Assembly: GCA_964389675.1 (NCBI GenBank)
Contig: CAYMEV010000009.1
Span: 1-64,000, forward strand
Length of the DNA stretch: 64,000 bases
Source: an uncultured Candidatus Sumerlaeota bacterium
GTDB lineage: Bacteria > CAYMEV01
Reading direction: 5' to 3'
A program made the position numbers and the translations under genes. Below are positions 10,116 through 20,026 of the stretch, piece by piece. Numbering within the stretch: the stretch's first letter is position 1; each line of letters begins with the position of its first letter. The notes under the pieces were generated by a model. That model had not been told where the DNA came from. It saw nothing but the letters and a program-made list of their open reading frames with translations, and did not search any database.

Positions 10116-10938
10116 CTGTAACTTCCTCCTTTTTAAGAAATAACCCTGCAATAGCGGATGTCGGACATACTTTGATACATTCTCCGCACCTTGTGCATTT
10201 CTCATCAATAATCCTGGCCAGTGGCCCATCCATTACGATCGCATCATATTTGCAGGCTTTGACACATCTTGTACAACCGATGCAACCTACACTGCAATTC
10301 TTTTTGGTAGCTGGGCCCTTGTCTTTTGAGCTGCACTGCACCAGAACCTTCGGGCCTGCCTTCCATAGGACCAGTACTTTCCTGGGGCAGGCTTTGATGC
10401 ATTTTCCGCATCCGGTGCATTTTTCTTCATCAATCTTTATAATACCATTGTATAGGGAAATAGCCCCGAACGGGCATGCCCTGATACAGTCCCCCAATCC
10501 AATACATGAATACTGGCATGTTTTTTCACCCGTGTAGAGGTTATGTACTGCCTCGCATTCCATGATACCCTGGTACCTTGACCTTATTGAGGCATTCTCC
10601 CTGTTTCCATTGCATAAAAGAACAGCCTTCCTGGCTACTCCAGCCTCCATTTCTATTCCGAGGATCTTACCTATTTCTGTCATTGTTTCCTTGGGAGCAA
10701 CGGGGCATATCAGCTCAGGGTCCTTTCTTTCAACTATCGCTTCAGCAAGGCCCGAGCAGCCTGGAAATCCGCAGGCTCCGCAGTTTGCCCCTGGCAGTAT
10801 GGACTCGACTTCTTTTATAAGAGGGTTTTCTCTAGTATAAAAGACTTTTGATGCAATATAGAGCAAAGCTGCCGCAATCAGTCCAACTAAACCAATTATC
10901 AGCGCTGGAGGCAAAATCTGGCTTAATAACTGCTGCAC
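10102..10938 (-). CDS. rnfB: Rnf complex subunit B (polyferredoxin)
   Basis: LPGANCGACGFPGC plus multiple 4Fe-4S motifs. GTG start. Confidence 0.95.
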   Translation of the reverse strand: MQQLLSQILPPALIIGLVGLIAAALLYIASKVFYTRENPLIKEVESILPGANCGACGFPGCSGLAEAIVERKDPELICPVAPKETMTEIGKILGIEMEAGVARKAVLLCNGNRENASIRSRYQGIMECEAVHNLYTGEKTCQYSCIGLGDCIRACPFGAISLYNGIIKIDEEKCTGCGKCIKACPRKVLVLWKAGPKVLVQCSSKDKGPATKKNCSVGCIGCTRCVKACKYDAIVMDGPLARIIDEKCTRCGECIKVCPTSAIAGLFLKKEEVTDENV

Positions 10939-10957
10939 ATCTAACCACCTCTTTTAT

Positions 10958-11389
10958 CTAAATTTTTTTAATAATAAAATTAAAACTCTTCTTTTTTTTA
11001 TTCAATTTTTCATATATGACAAGAATTATTATTCCAAATGCCAGTCCCAATAAAAAAAACAGGCCATTGTTCATATCCCTGCCTTCAAAAACAGTAATGT
11101 ACTGGCCTGCTATAACACCCAGAATAATGCATACTGCAGGTATAAGGTATGCAAACAGTATATCTGCCAGAAATCTTGAGCTTTTATACTCAATCTCTAC
11201 CCTGTCATTCACCTTCAGGTCACCTGGCACACAATCCCTGTCAAGTTCAATATCAATTATGCGCGTGCCTTCATAGGAATCAATGCATGAATCCTTTGCT
11301 TTGCAGTGTGCGCACATCGGGTTCCTTTCAACGGATACAACTACTTTTCTGGCATCAAGGCTTTTTATATAGCCTTCCTTGCATTCCAT
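10958..11389 (-). CDS. rseC: RseC/MucC family (SoxR reducing system) protein
   Basis: CAHC...C, AYLIP, two C-terminal TM helices; usual position upstream of rnfB. Confidence 0.85.
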   Translation of the reverse strand: MECKEGYIKSLDARKVVVSVERNPMCAHCKAKDSCIDSYEGTRIIDIELDRDCVPGDLKVNDRVEIEYKSSRFLADILFAYLIPAVCIILGVIAGQYITVFEGRDMNNGLFFLLGLAFGIIILVIYEKLNKKKKSFNFIIKKI

Positions 11390-13348
11390 TTATTCTTTTA
11401 TCTCGAAGATTTTTTTTATCTTTTCCTCGCTGTAGCCAAGAGAAATAAAATATGAAACAGCTTTCTCCCTGGTTTTCACGGCATTCTGATTATCATCCGA
11501 TGCTTTGTAGGAATCAATCAAATGCTGCCACCCGAATAAAAGCTCAGGGTTCTGGTCAACTACCTCTCTGGCATAAAGAAGAGCCCTCTTATAATCCCTT
11601 TTCTGGAAATAAAGCTGGAAGAGCTTATCAGCCGTATATGGGCTTTTTTCCTTTTCATACAGCAATTCTGATGCTTTTATCTCACTGTTCAGCCTGATTA
11701 CCTGGATTTTAATATACATTTCCCTTATCTCAGTTTCTGAAGGCAGCTTATTGGGCGGGTACAGGCCGAGTATAAGGTCAATATACCCTTCTGCCTTTTG
11801 CTCATTATGCATATAATTATATATCTCCACAAGATGATATGCACAGGCAATAATATCCCGCCTGTCCATAACAGTTTTCAGAAGTTTTTCAAAGACCTCC
11901 GAGGACTCCGCATATCTCTTCTTATGAAAAAGAAGCTCGCCATACAGCAATGCATACTCCTTTGATTCAGGGCTTTGCCTGTAAAGGTCTTCTGCAATCT
12001 CCAGGCCCCTTTCATAATCCCTTATTGTCTTGTAAAGATGGCAGAGCCTTAGCTTAAGTATTTCACAGTCCCCTTTAATTATCCTGTTTTCATTCTCAAT
12101 TCTTTCTTTCCTGTTTTTTTCCGCAAACTTTTCGATAGCATCATATTTATCAAGGTAAACAGAGATTCTTGAAAACTGGTCATCCACATTGAGGTCAGCA
12201 CTGATAACTGGCTGAAGGTTTCTCACTATGACACGAATCGTAGGGATAGGGACATCTTCAGAAGTCAGGTCTGCAATATAAACACCAAGATTTTTCTTTT
12301 TCAGATAGTCGAGGATAATATCAAGCTCTGTTTTTATGTCTCTGGATGAAATGCTGAGCATTTTATCAAACCGCTTTTTTGTTTTAATCTGCATTCTCTT
12401 TTCAAGCTCGCAGTTGAAGAGGCTTTCAGGTTTATCCGTTCTGGCCTGGTATTCCTTAAATACTGCTTTTCCATAGAAATACCTTGTCCTTGTCTGTGCA
12501 ATCTCAGTAATGCACCTCAGGAAGGCAACTTCCGGATGAGGATGGCATCCTGGTGATGACATATAGGTAAAAGCCTTGTAGGGGTACTCACCATCCCTTT
12601 TTAATATCAGGGAGACGACAGGGACCGGCAGGCCCATTGTATGGTCAGCCAGGTAAAAGCTGAAACCTTTTTTTGAAAGGTTTTCGACAAGCTCTGAAAT
12701 AAGGCCTATACTGCATGAGAAAGGGTCTATCAGCTCCAGCGGCCTTTTATTGTAATAATATATATCAAAAGAATGCCTTTCTATAAGCTCACAGAGGCCA
12801 TGTATGACTGCCTCTTCCATGGTATTGCCTGATGCAAGTCCATTGGTATCTTCCCTGTCTGAAAAATCCCTGTTTGCATTCAGGCATACAAGTGATGCGG
12901 GAATATATACTTCCTTATCCTCAAATAGTGAATAACAGGGATACCAGTCTATATCAATGCTGTCATAAACCTCTTTTGTATAAAGCTCTCTTTGTATATT
13001 GGTCGGGATCAGGTCAAATCTTGAAACTGCCATATCACATATATCATTATAGGAAGCGTGGATTATTCTGCTTCTGTCAGGGTTTGAAGCATTCCTTCTC
13101 TCAACAAACTCCATCAGGGCACTCGCTTTTGCAAACTCGGTGTTCAGGCCTTTACCCCAGTATGCATTGCCAATTTCATTGTGAATTATTGCAAATACGG
13201 GAATTCCCATGTCATCCAGATATGAAAGGTCTGTCAGGGCTTTATAATCCGCATATTGTTCGACCCTTGCAATTGTATCAGAGGGTAATACAGTCCTGTG
13301 AAGGATCTCAGACAGTATCAGGCCGCTTTTCAATGTTATTTTATCCAT
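11390..13348 (-). CDS. YcaO-family ATP-dependent amide-activating enzyme with C-terminal TPR domain
   Basis: GKG...ASALMEFVER, TNGLASG, GLCELIERH, RCITEIAQTR, ADLT...IPTIRVIV, then about 230 aa of TPR-like helices. Confidence 0.9.
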   Translation of the reverse strand: MDKITLKSGLILSEILHRTVLPSDTIARVEQYADYKALTDLSYLDDMGIPVFAIIHNEIGNAYWGKGLNTEFAKASALMEFVERRNASNPDRSRIIHASYNDICDMAVSRFDLIPTNIQRELYTKEVYDSIDIDWYPCYSLFEDKEVYIPASLVCLNANRDFSDREDTNGLASGNTMEEAVIHGLCELIERHSFDIYYYNKRPLELIDPFSCSIGLISELVENLSKKGFSFYLADHTMGLPVPVVSLILKRDGEYPYKAFTYMSSPGCHPHPEVAFLRCITEIAQTRTRYFYGKAVFKEYQARTDKPESLFNCELEKRMQIKTKKRFDKMLSISSRDIKTELDIILDYLKKKNLGVYIADLTSEDVPIPTIRVIVRNLQPVISADLNVDDQFSRISVYLDKYDAIEKFAEKNRKERIENENRIIKGDCEILKLRLCHLYKTIRDYERGLEIAEDLYRQSPESKEYALLYGELLFHKKRYAESSEVFEKLLKTVMDRRDIIACAYHLVEIYNYMHNEQKAEGYIDLILGLYPPNKLPSETEIREMYIKIQVIRLNSEIKASELLYEKEKSPYTADKLFQLYFQKRDYKRALLYAREVVDQNPELLFGWQHLIDSYKASDDNQNAVKTREKAVSYFISLGYSEEKIKKIFEIKE

Positions 13349-13357
13349 TAATGTCTC

Positions 13358-15157
13358 CTACTCATCGAGATGATATTTAAATAATGAAATACCCTCAAAT
13401 TCAGCTATAAAATCCAAATTATAAAAACTTTTTTTATTCCCAGCTTTCGCTATGAATATATTACCTTTCCTGGCCAAAACATCAATTATTGATTTTGACT
13501 CCTTATTCTCAAGGTCAATTGCGAGATATGGAATATCAATATAGAAATGATTGAATTCATCATCTATGATGAGTATATCTCCTTTTTTAAGCATTTTTTC
13601 AATACTGGGATATTTGCTGTAATCCTCGAGCTTTGAAGAAAGATAGTCATCAAAATTCTCAAGGCCGAATATGACATTTACCGGTTCATATTCTGTGACA
13701 TAGTACTGCAAAAGGCTAAGCATGTTTATTGATGCAACAGCAATCATAAATATTATTATAAAAAAAGAAACAAACCTGCTGCTCCTGTAGATCCTGTATA
13801 TTACCTCCGTTGCGATCAGTGCCAGGTAGAGATAAACCGGCAGAAAATCCTTGAAGTTAAACATAATGAAAACAGTTATAATTATAAAGAGGAGTATCAG
13901 TATTATGGCTTTCATTCTTCTGAGATACCTGATATAGTAAAAAATCATAAAAGGCAGCAGTATAAGCAATATTGGGCCTACAGGCAGATAATTGACCGCA
14001 AATTTATTGAAAAGAGATATTTCAATTGGAAACATGAACAGGTCAAATATATTGGCAAAATTTACATCTCTTATAACACCAAGGTATGTGTATGGTATCA
14101 TGAGAGGAAACCTGATAAATACAGTCAGGTATATTGCAGCTGATGAAAGAAAGAATATCAGGACCTTTGAATTCCTGAACCCGGCAAGGATCAGATATAT
14201 TAAGATCATAAAGGAATAGATAATCCCAAGTCCCAGTGAACAGGTTATGAAAATGAGGAAAAAACCCATTATGTACTGTGATTTATTATCCCAGTTGTGC
14301 TGGAGTTTTTGTATTATATAAATAGAAGAAATAAAGTAAAGCAGGTTGACGGGCCTGATTCCCGGAACTGTCCCAAGATATAATACAAGGGGTGCTGAAA
14401 GGAAGATAATTGACCCGAAAAGGGATTTGATCCTGGAACTGGCTCCCTGTCCAAACACGATAAAATAGAACATCACTGTCACACACATCATTATGACAGC
14501 ATTAAATATAGAGATGTCTATGGTCTGGTCAGGGAAAAAATACAGAAATGGAAGATAAAAAGACAGGCTTAAAGGGGGAACTGGCTTATTTAGTACAAAA
14601 GTATCAGTCAGAAGCCACTGCTTGGAAAGGCTGACCTCTCCCGCAAGTATGCTGTGGTCTATGGTCGGCGTATGGCTGAGGATAAGCACTGTAAGAAATA
14701 AAAGGACAAGCATGGCGAACAGGAATATTTCCCTTTTTTTAAGGTTAAGAAGGTTGATTTTTGTTTCAATTATCAATAATCTCAGGAAAGTCTTGTAAAT
14801 ATTTGAAAAACTAAGCATGAACAGCATGATGAGGCAGATAATAACTGAAACAGATACATCATTTATGATCAGGGAAATAAGATATATCATAATGTTAAAA
14901 ACGCCCAGCCCCATAGCAATGTCAAGGATAATCTTGGGTATTGACGGATACCTTTCTGCCTTGACGCTAAGATACTCGAATATACGTTCCCCGAATGCCC
15001 TTAGCATAAATAAAAATACTGCAAGAAAGATATAGACATTTACTTTTGGGGAAAAGGCTACATTATTTACAAGGTACACATAAAAAACAAAACAGACCCA
15101 TATTACTGAAAATAATATTACTATATAGCGGCTGCTGTTTTTTATCAGTTTACTCAT
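13358..15157 (-). CDS. Polytopic membrane protein, possibly GT-C-fold glycosyltransferase-like
   Basis: Many TM segments with a soluble C-terminal domain; layout resembles GT39/ArnT-like proteins. Confidence 0.55.
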   Translation of the reverse strand: MSKLIKNSSRYIVILFSVIWVCFVFYVYLVNNVAFSPKVNVYIFLAVFLFMLRAFGERIFEYLSVKAERYPSIPKIILDIAMGLGVFNIMIYLISLIINDVSVSVIICLIMLFMLSFSNIYKTFLRLLIIETKINLLNLKKREIFLFAMLVLLFLTVLILSHTPTIDHSILAGEVSLSKQWLLTDTFVLNKPVPPLSLSFYLPFLYFFPDQTIDISIFNAVIMMCVTVMFYFIVFGQGASSRIKSLFGSIIFLSAPLVLYLGTVPGIRPVNLLYFISSIYIIQKLQHNWDNKSQYIMGFFLIFITCSLGLGIIYSFMILIYLILAGFRNSKVLIFFLSSAAIYLTVFIRFPLMIPYTYLGVIRDVNFANIFDLFMFPIEISLFNKFAVNYLPVGPILLILLPFMIFYYIRYLRRMKAIILILLFIIITVFIMFNFKDFLPVYLYLALIATEVIYRIYRSSRFVSFFIIIFMIAVASINMLSLLQYYVTEYEPVNVIFGLENFDDYLSSKLEDYSKYPSIEKMLKKGDILIIDDEFNHFYIDIPYLAIDLENKESKSIIDVLARKGNIFIAKAGNKKSFYNLDFIAEFEGISLFKYHLDE

Positions 15158-15247
15158 AGCAATTACTGATATATTAAAAATGCAAATATTTCAATTTAAT
15201 TATTTTGCTATAAACAGAAATTTAAATATACTATTTTACCTAATAAT

Positions 15248-16009
15248 ATGGAAAATAAACCATTACTCAGGGAATATGTTCTGACAAATCCGATAAAAAA
15301 GCTTTTCAGGACGCTAAATGATAAAAACAGACGATTCTATAAGGTAATACTGCCCGTAACAAAAAAGTGCTTCAGTCAGTGTATATTCTGTGGAACGCAA
15401 GATCTGGCCTGCAACCTTGCAAAGAAGGATATATCATCAATTATATCGCCAAAAGAGGCTATTGATATAGCAAGGAAAATCAGATTTAAGAATGTCATAC
15501 TTGAGATCGGAGGCTTTGGCGATCCGCTTTTCAATGAAGAAACATTCCAGACACTCAGGCTGCTGATAATTGAGGATATTGAAATCCCTACTTTCATAAC
15601 AACAAACGGACTTCTGATACATGATAAGATAGATGATATTCTTTCTGTCAGCATAAAAACTGTTAAGATAATTATCAATTCCCTTGATCCGAATATAGGC
15701 AAAAGGCTTATAAAAGGTATTAACTTCAGGGGAACAAGCCTTATAGGGCTTGATTCAGCTTTTCTTTTCCAGGAGCTACAGCTGCAGGGCATTCAGAGGC
15801 TTCTTAAAAAGGATGTAAATGTTGTTGTACAGACTATAATCTTTCCCGGTACAAACGACAGGCATATACCTGAAATTATAGATGTATTGAACATGCTTGG
15901 AGTAAAATACCTCGATCTCAGGATATCTTCACTTGATGAAAAATCCATTAAAATTTATAAGAGGCTGAAAGCAGAGGTTAAGGACAAGATATCCCTTGTG
16001 CACTTCTAA
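15248..16009 (+). CDS. Radical SAM protein, NifB-like core
   Basis: CFSQCIFC (CxxxCxxC), ISPKEA, GDPL, TNGL, PGTNDRHI. Confidence 0.8.
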   Translation: MENKPLLREYVLTNPIKKLFRTLNDKNRRFYKVILPVTKKCFSQCIFCGTQDLACNLAKKDISSIISPKEAIDIARKIRFKNVILEIGGFGDPLFNEETFQTLRLLIIEDIEIPTFITTNGLLIHDKIDDILSVSIKTVKIIINSLDPNIGKRLIKGINFRGTSLIGLDSAFLFQELQLQGIQRLLKKDVNVVVQTIIFPGTNDRHIPEIIDVLNMLGVKYLDLRISSLDEKSIKIYKRLKAEVKDKISLVHF

Positions 16010-16033
16010 GGCATAATATGACCGATAAAGCTT

Positions 16034-16061
16034 TTGACAATTTTGGGCAGTTAATTATAAT
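16034..16061 (+). promoter_or_regulatory. Consensus sigma70 promoter
   Basis: TTGACA-16 nt-TATAAT ending 11 nt before ATG 16073. Confidence 0.7.
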
Positions 16062-16072
16062 GGTCTTCCGTA

Positions 16073-17269
16073 ATGATTAAAATAAATGGTTTTTTGCACA
16101 GGGAAAGATTATACGATATAATTAACCGCTGGTTCCTGAATGATTTTGATTCGGGAGATCCCTTTGCAATAAAGCAGATAATTAATTTCAATGCAATAAG
16201 CCTTAAGTTCTACCTTGAGAAATTAAGCATTAGAATATTCAAAAGGCTTCATTCCCAGCCGATAATAAAGATCCCTATAAGGCAGAAAAGCGAGATAAAG
16301 AACGCAATCGTAGAAAATCCGATGATAACCAACCCGAGAATAAAAAACCTGATCGAGCTCTACAAGGCTTTCCCTGAGAATTATTACCTTGAGACCCCAA
16401 TTGAGGGCAATATATATTACATACTCTCACAGGGGAGCAAGCTATTCATAGGCTCAAACAGGATGAAAAGAATTAAAAGGATTGCTGAAAAGGGATCAAG
16501 GAAGATCATTGATCTTCTGTTCAGCGAAATACTGAAAAGAGCTGAGCAAAAGGCGGAAGAAAGGGCAAAAAAGCTGGGGATCGACAAGAGGTTCCTTATC
16601 TCATCAATTCAGGAAATGGAAGAGGAGTTCATTGAATCAGAAAAAGAGGTTCAAAGACTGCTGAAGGAAAGGATGTACCCTGTTACAAATTCTCAGATTG
16701 ATATAAATGATGTCGGGGGCATCAAAATAATAAATACAGAAAGAAGCATTGACAAAATAATGGCAGTATTGAATGACATGCCATTTATTAAAATCAAGGA
16801 GGTCGAAAAGCATAAGGGCAATTATAACGCAACAAATATTATTGCTGATTATTACATCAACAAGGATGAGGTTGTTCAGAACCCGCCTCCTGATACAATT
16901 TTAAGGGTTCTTGAGGAAAGGGGAATGAGCCGTTTTGACATATCAAGGTACTGGAGAAATTTCTTCTATTCTGCTGAAGATTCAATCTCAATTGAGTTTA
17001 TAATATCATCCTACGAGGACCTGATTGAAAGCGAGATAGGAATATCAATGCACGAGAACATGATAATTCATTTCAGGCAAAAACAGGAATATATAGGCCT
17101 TCTCGCAAAAAATGTCGAATATCTGCTTGAATTTATCTTTCAGTTTGCGCTAAGCCCTAAAACAAATCTCAAGGAAATCCCAATAAAGCTCTGGGGTAAA
17201 TATTTTCCGGATTATTTTGAAATACTAAAAAGGGGCCTTTACGGGATACCGACAGAATTCGGAATATAA
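16073..17269 (+). CDS. Hypothetical protein, possible RelA/SpoT-like nucleotidyltransferase fold
   Basis: 398-aa ORF with INDVGGIKII, GNYNATNII and IEFIISS motifs in RSH order. Confidence 0.5.
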   Translation: MIKINGFLHRERLYDIINRWFLNDFDSGDPFAIKQIINFNAISLKFYLEKLSIRIFKRLHSQPIIKIPIRQKSEIKNAIVENPMITNPRIKNLIELYKAFPENYYLETPIEGNIYYILSQGSKLFIGSNRMKRIKRIAEKGSRKIIDLLFSEILKRAEQKAEERAKKLGIDKRFLISSIQEMEEEFIESEKEVQRLLKERMYPVTNSQIDINDVGGIKIINTERSIDKIMAVLNDMPFIKIKEVEKHKGNYNATNIIADYYINKDEVVQNPPPDTILRVLEERGMSRFDISRYWRNFFYSAEDSISIEFIISSYEDLIESEIGISMHENMIIHFRQKQEYIGLLAKNVEYLLEFIFQFALSPKTNLKEIPIKLWGKYFPDYFEILKRGLYGIPTEFGI

Positions 17270-17414
17270 GCTTTTAAAATGCCTGCAGGGATTCGAAATA
17301 AAATTATTGATTTATTGTTTACACTGTAATAGAATTTTCAAGTATTTTTATAAATATTGCAGTTTTTAAAAAAAATATTAACAATATAATTAAATTAAGG
17401 AGGATTCAGCAATT

Positions 17415-18059
17415 ATGAGGAAGATTGGAATAATATCCATTATAATTTTCGCTGTTGGCTTTATCTTTTACCTTTATCAGACAAATAAGATCCAGAGGGA
17501 AAAAATAATACAGGCTGAAACAGCTATCAGGGATAATATGGAAAAGTCATTCTTAAGATATGATAAAAAGATAAAACAAATGGAAAAAGACCTTGAAACA
17601 AGAATAGAAATGGAGAAAATAGAATTAGACCCGAAGCTTATAGACTATGCTTATTACCTTGTATTCCCGGTCAAAGAGGATTATGCAGAAATCAGAGATG
17701 AAATTACAAGGCTTGAAGACGGTTTTCGCTTATTTGAAGATAAGATAAAACAGTTTAAGGCTGCTCTTCCTGTAGAAAAATCGACAAAAGACACTGAAGA
17801 CCTCTATGACATGATCCTTCTTCATTTCCAGAAACACAGGGAATATTACTCCTGTCTGGAAAAGAGCAATATAAGCAGAGAATCTCTGCAGGCACGAATG
17901 GAAAAAGTCCAGCAGGACCTGAAAAGGAGAAGAAGGCTTAATATACCTGAGCCTGAAGAAGAAATGCCCTGTCAGGATGACAAAAAAACCTTTGAAAAAA
18001 CAAGGGAGGACCTTCTTACATTCTGGAAGGACCTTAAGAAAAAGCCAATTGCCTTTTAA
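17415..18059 (+). CDS. Hypothetical membrane-anchored coiled-coil protein
   Basis: AAGGAGG RBS, N-terminal TM, charged helical body. Confidence 0.75.
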   Translation: MRKIGIISIIIFAVGFIFYLYQTNKIQREKIIQAETAIRDNMEKSFLRYDKKIKQMEKDLETRIEMEKIELDPKLIDYAYYLVFPVKEDYAEIRDEITRLEDGFRLFEDKIKQFKAALPVEKSTKDTEDLYDMILLHFQKHREYYSCLEKSNISRESLQARMEKVQQDLKRRRRLNIPEPEEEMPCQDDKKTFEKTREDLLTFWKDLKKKPIAF

Positions 18060-18074
18060 TTTGCTAAATAGATC

Positions 18075-18110
18075 TAAGCCCGCTATTAATCTTATATAAT
18101 AGCGGGCTTA
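18075..18110. repeat. Perfect 14-bp inverted repeat
   Basis: TAAGCCCGCTATTA-N8-TAATAGCGGGCTTA. Confidence 0.8.
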
Positions 18111-18121
18111 TCGCTGTATAT

Positions 18122-20026
18122 ATGGAGATACTTGCGCCAGTCGGCAACAAAGAATCATTGGATGCCGTGATCAGATTAAGGCCGGATGCTGTTTATTTCG
18201 GACTCAAGGATTATAATGCGAGAATTAGGACCCACAACTTCTCAATAGACCAGGCAAACTATATCACCGCGATCTGCAGAAGCAATCATATCAAGACATA
18301 TATAACGCTTAATACACTCCTGAAAAACAGTGATTTTCATAATATAACATCACTCCTGTGTGCACTCGAAGAAATAAAGCCTGATGGGCTAATAATACAG
18401 GATCTTGGCCTGGCTGATGTAATAAGCAGATATTTCAAAGGCCTTGAAATATCTGCATCAACCCAGACCACTAATCTGAATTCCTTCAAGCTGAGATTCC
18501 TTGAAAAACTTAGCATCAAAAGGGCAATACTTGAAAGACAGCTTACACTCAAAGAGATAAGAGAGATAAAAGCAAACAGCCAAATAGACATAGAGGTTTT
18601 TATACTGGGTGCCATATGTTATTCCATAAGCGGAAACTGTCTTTTTTCTTCATTTATTGGCGGGAACAGCGCTAACCGCGGCTTATGTACACAACCATGC
18701 AGAAGGCTATACCAGCTCAAGAACAGCAGGAACTACCTTTTTTCAATTAAAGACCTTGATTTTTCTGATTATCTGAAGGAATTAGAGGATATTGGCATTA
18801 AGGGCATCAAGATAGAAGGAAGAATGAAGCCCGGCTCCTATGTTTACCAGGCAATAAAGTACATATATGAAAAGCTGGATGGTAGAGACAGGGATGAAAA
18901 CATAATTTCAAGGCCATTTACAAGCCTCATGATGGACAAAAAGAACGATATATATCATGTACCGGTAAGCGGGCTCTTTATCGGGACTGTCCAGGAATGT
19001 GATGAGACCAGGATCATAATCTCCTGCGGAGCACCTGTCTGCAGAGGTGATATCATCAGGATAAATGAACCTGAATCCGATAAAAGCTCTTCAAGTATAA
19101 AGATACTGGATGTTGAAGAGCTTCCGGACTCAAAACTGATACTTACAATCAACAAAGCATTCAAGCCTGGAGCTGGTGGATCAGTCTATCTTACAGGACG
19201 GGACTATGGACTCAAGGACCCTTTGAAGCAGATTAAGATCCGGAAGCTGAAGTATACCAATCACTGCAGATTGGTATATCCCGCCGAAGAAAAGGGGCAT
19301 ATAAAAAATTGCAGGATATATATCACCGACAATAAGGGCTGGCTTAAATTTTTGAAGGGGAAAAAGGTATTCTATGAACTTGAAGACTATAGACCTGATA
19401 AGCTTTCATCAATGAAACTGGATAATATTTATGGCATCAAGCTTCCGCAGTTTCTTTTTGAACTGGAAATCCCTGAACTCCAAAAATTGATTAAAACAAT
19501 TTCAGATATCGGGCTGAAAAACCTTATGATATCTGATGAAGGTCAGCTGGAGGCACTTCCTAAGAATAACGGCCTTAGATTATTTCAGGACCCGAATATG
19601 AAGAACCTTAATTCATTTTCCAATAATGTTTATATAAGGCATGGACTGAAAAATACATCCTTTTTTATCGAAGGGGACATACCATCACTTCTAAGCATGC
19701 CACGGCATATTTTCATTACGCTTTACAGTCGTCCGATCCTCTTTGCATCAAGAATAAAGCCGCTTTGTTATAAAAAACATCTTTCATTCAGGGATTTGAA
19801 AAACAAAAAGGAATTTCTGATAATGGAAAAGAACGGGGTTTTCTATACTGTACCCAGAACACCGATTAATGCCATTCACCTGGTTGAAAAATTCAGGAAA
19901 TACGGGTTTTCAAATTTCATATATGATCTAAGATATATTCAGCCAAACAGGGATACTATCAGAATAATTGACGGCCATAAGAAAGAAAATCCTGGCCTGT
20001 TCAATCTCAAGAAAGGATTAAGATGA
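18122..20026 (+). CDS. Peptidase U32 family protein (RlhA/TrhP-like RNA hydroxylase)
   Basis: MEILAPVG, DAVYFG, ASTQ, ICYSISGNC, NRGLCTQPCR, KIEGRMK. Confidence 0.92.
   Translation: MEILAPVGNKESLDAVIRLRPDAVYFGLKDYNARIRTHNFSIDQANYITAICRSNHIKTYITLNTLLKNSDFHNITSLLCALEEIKPDGLIIQDLGLADVISRYFKGLEISASTQTTNLNSFKLRFLEKLSIKRAILERQLTLKEIREIKANSQIDIEVFILGAICYSISGNCLFSSFIGGNSANRGLCTQPCRRLYQLKNSRNYLFSIKDLDFSDYLKELEDIGIKGIKIEGRMKPGSYVYQAIKYIYEKLDGRDRDENIISRPFTSLMMDKKNDIYHVPVSGLFIGTVQECDETRIIISCGAPVCRGDIIRINEPESDKSSSSIKILDVEELPDSKLILTINKAFKPGAGGSVYLTGRDYGLKDPLKQIKIRKLKYTNHCRLVYPAEEKGHIKNCRIYITDNKGWLKFLKGKKVFYELEDYRPDKLSSMKLDNIYGIKLPQFLFELEIPELQKLIKTISDIGLKNLMISDEGQLEALPKNNGLRLFQDPNMKNLNSFSNNVYIRHGLKNTSFFIEGDIPSLLSMPRHIFITLYSRPILFASRIKPLCYKKHLSFRDLKNKKEFLIMEKNGVFYTVPRTPINAIHLVEKFRKYGFSNFIYDLRYIQPNRDTIRIIDGHKKENPGLFNLKKGLR

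Noticed and set aside
6873-10229. Long N-terminal extensions of RnfE, RnfG and RnfC in the ORF track
   Set aside because: They overlap upstream genes; downstream ATGs with good RBS match family starts.
11390-16009. Classical RiPP cluster around YcaO
   Set aside because: No precursor peptide, TfuA, E1/ocin-ThiF partner, dehydrogenase or exporter is visible.
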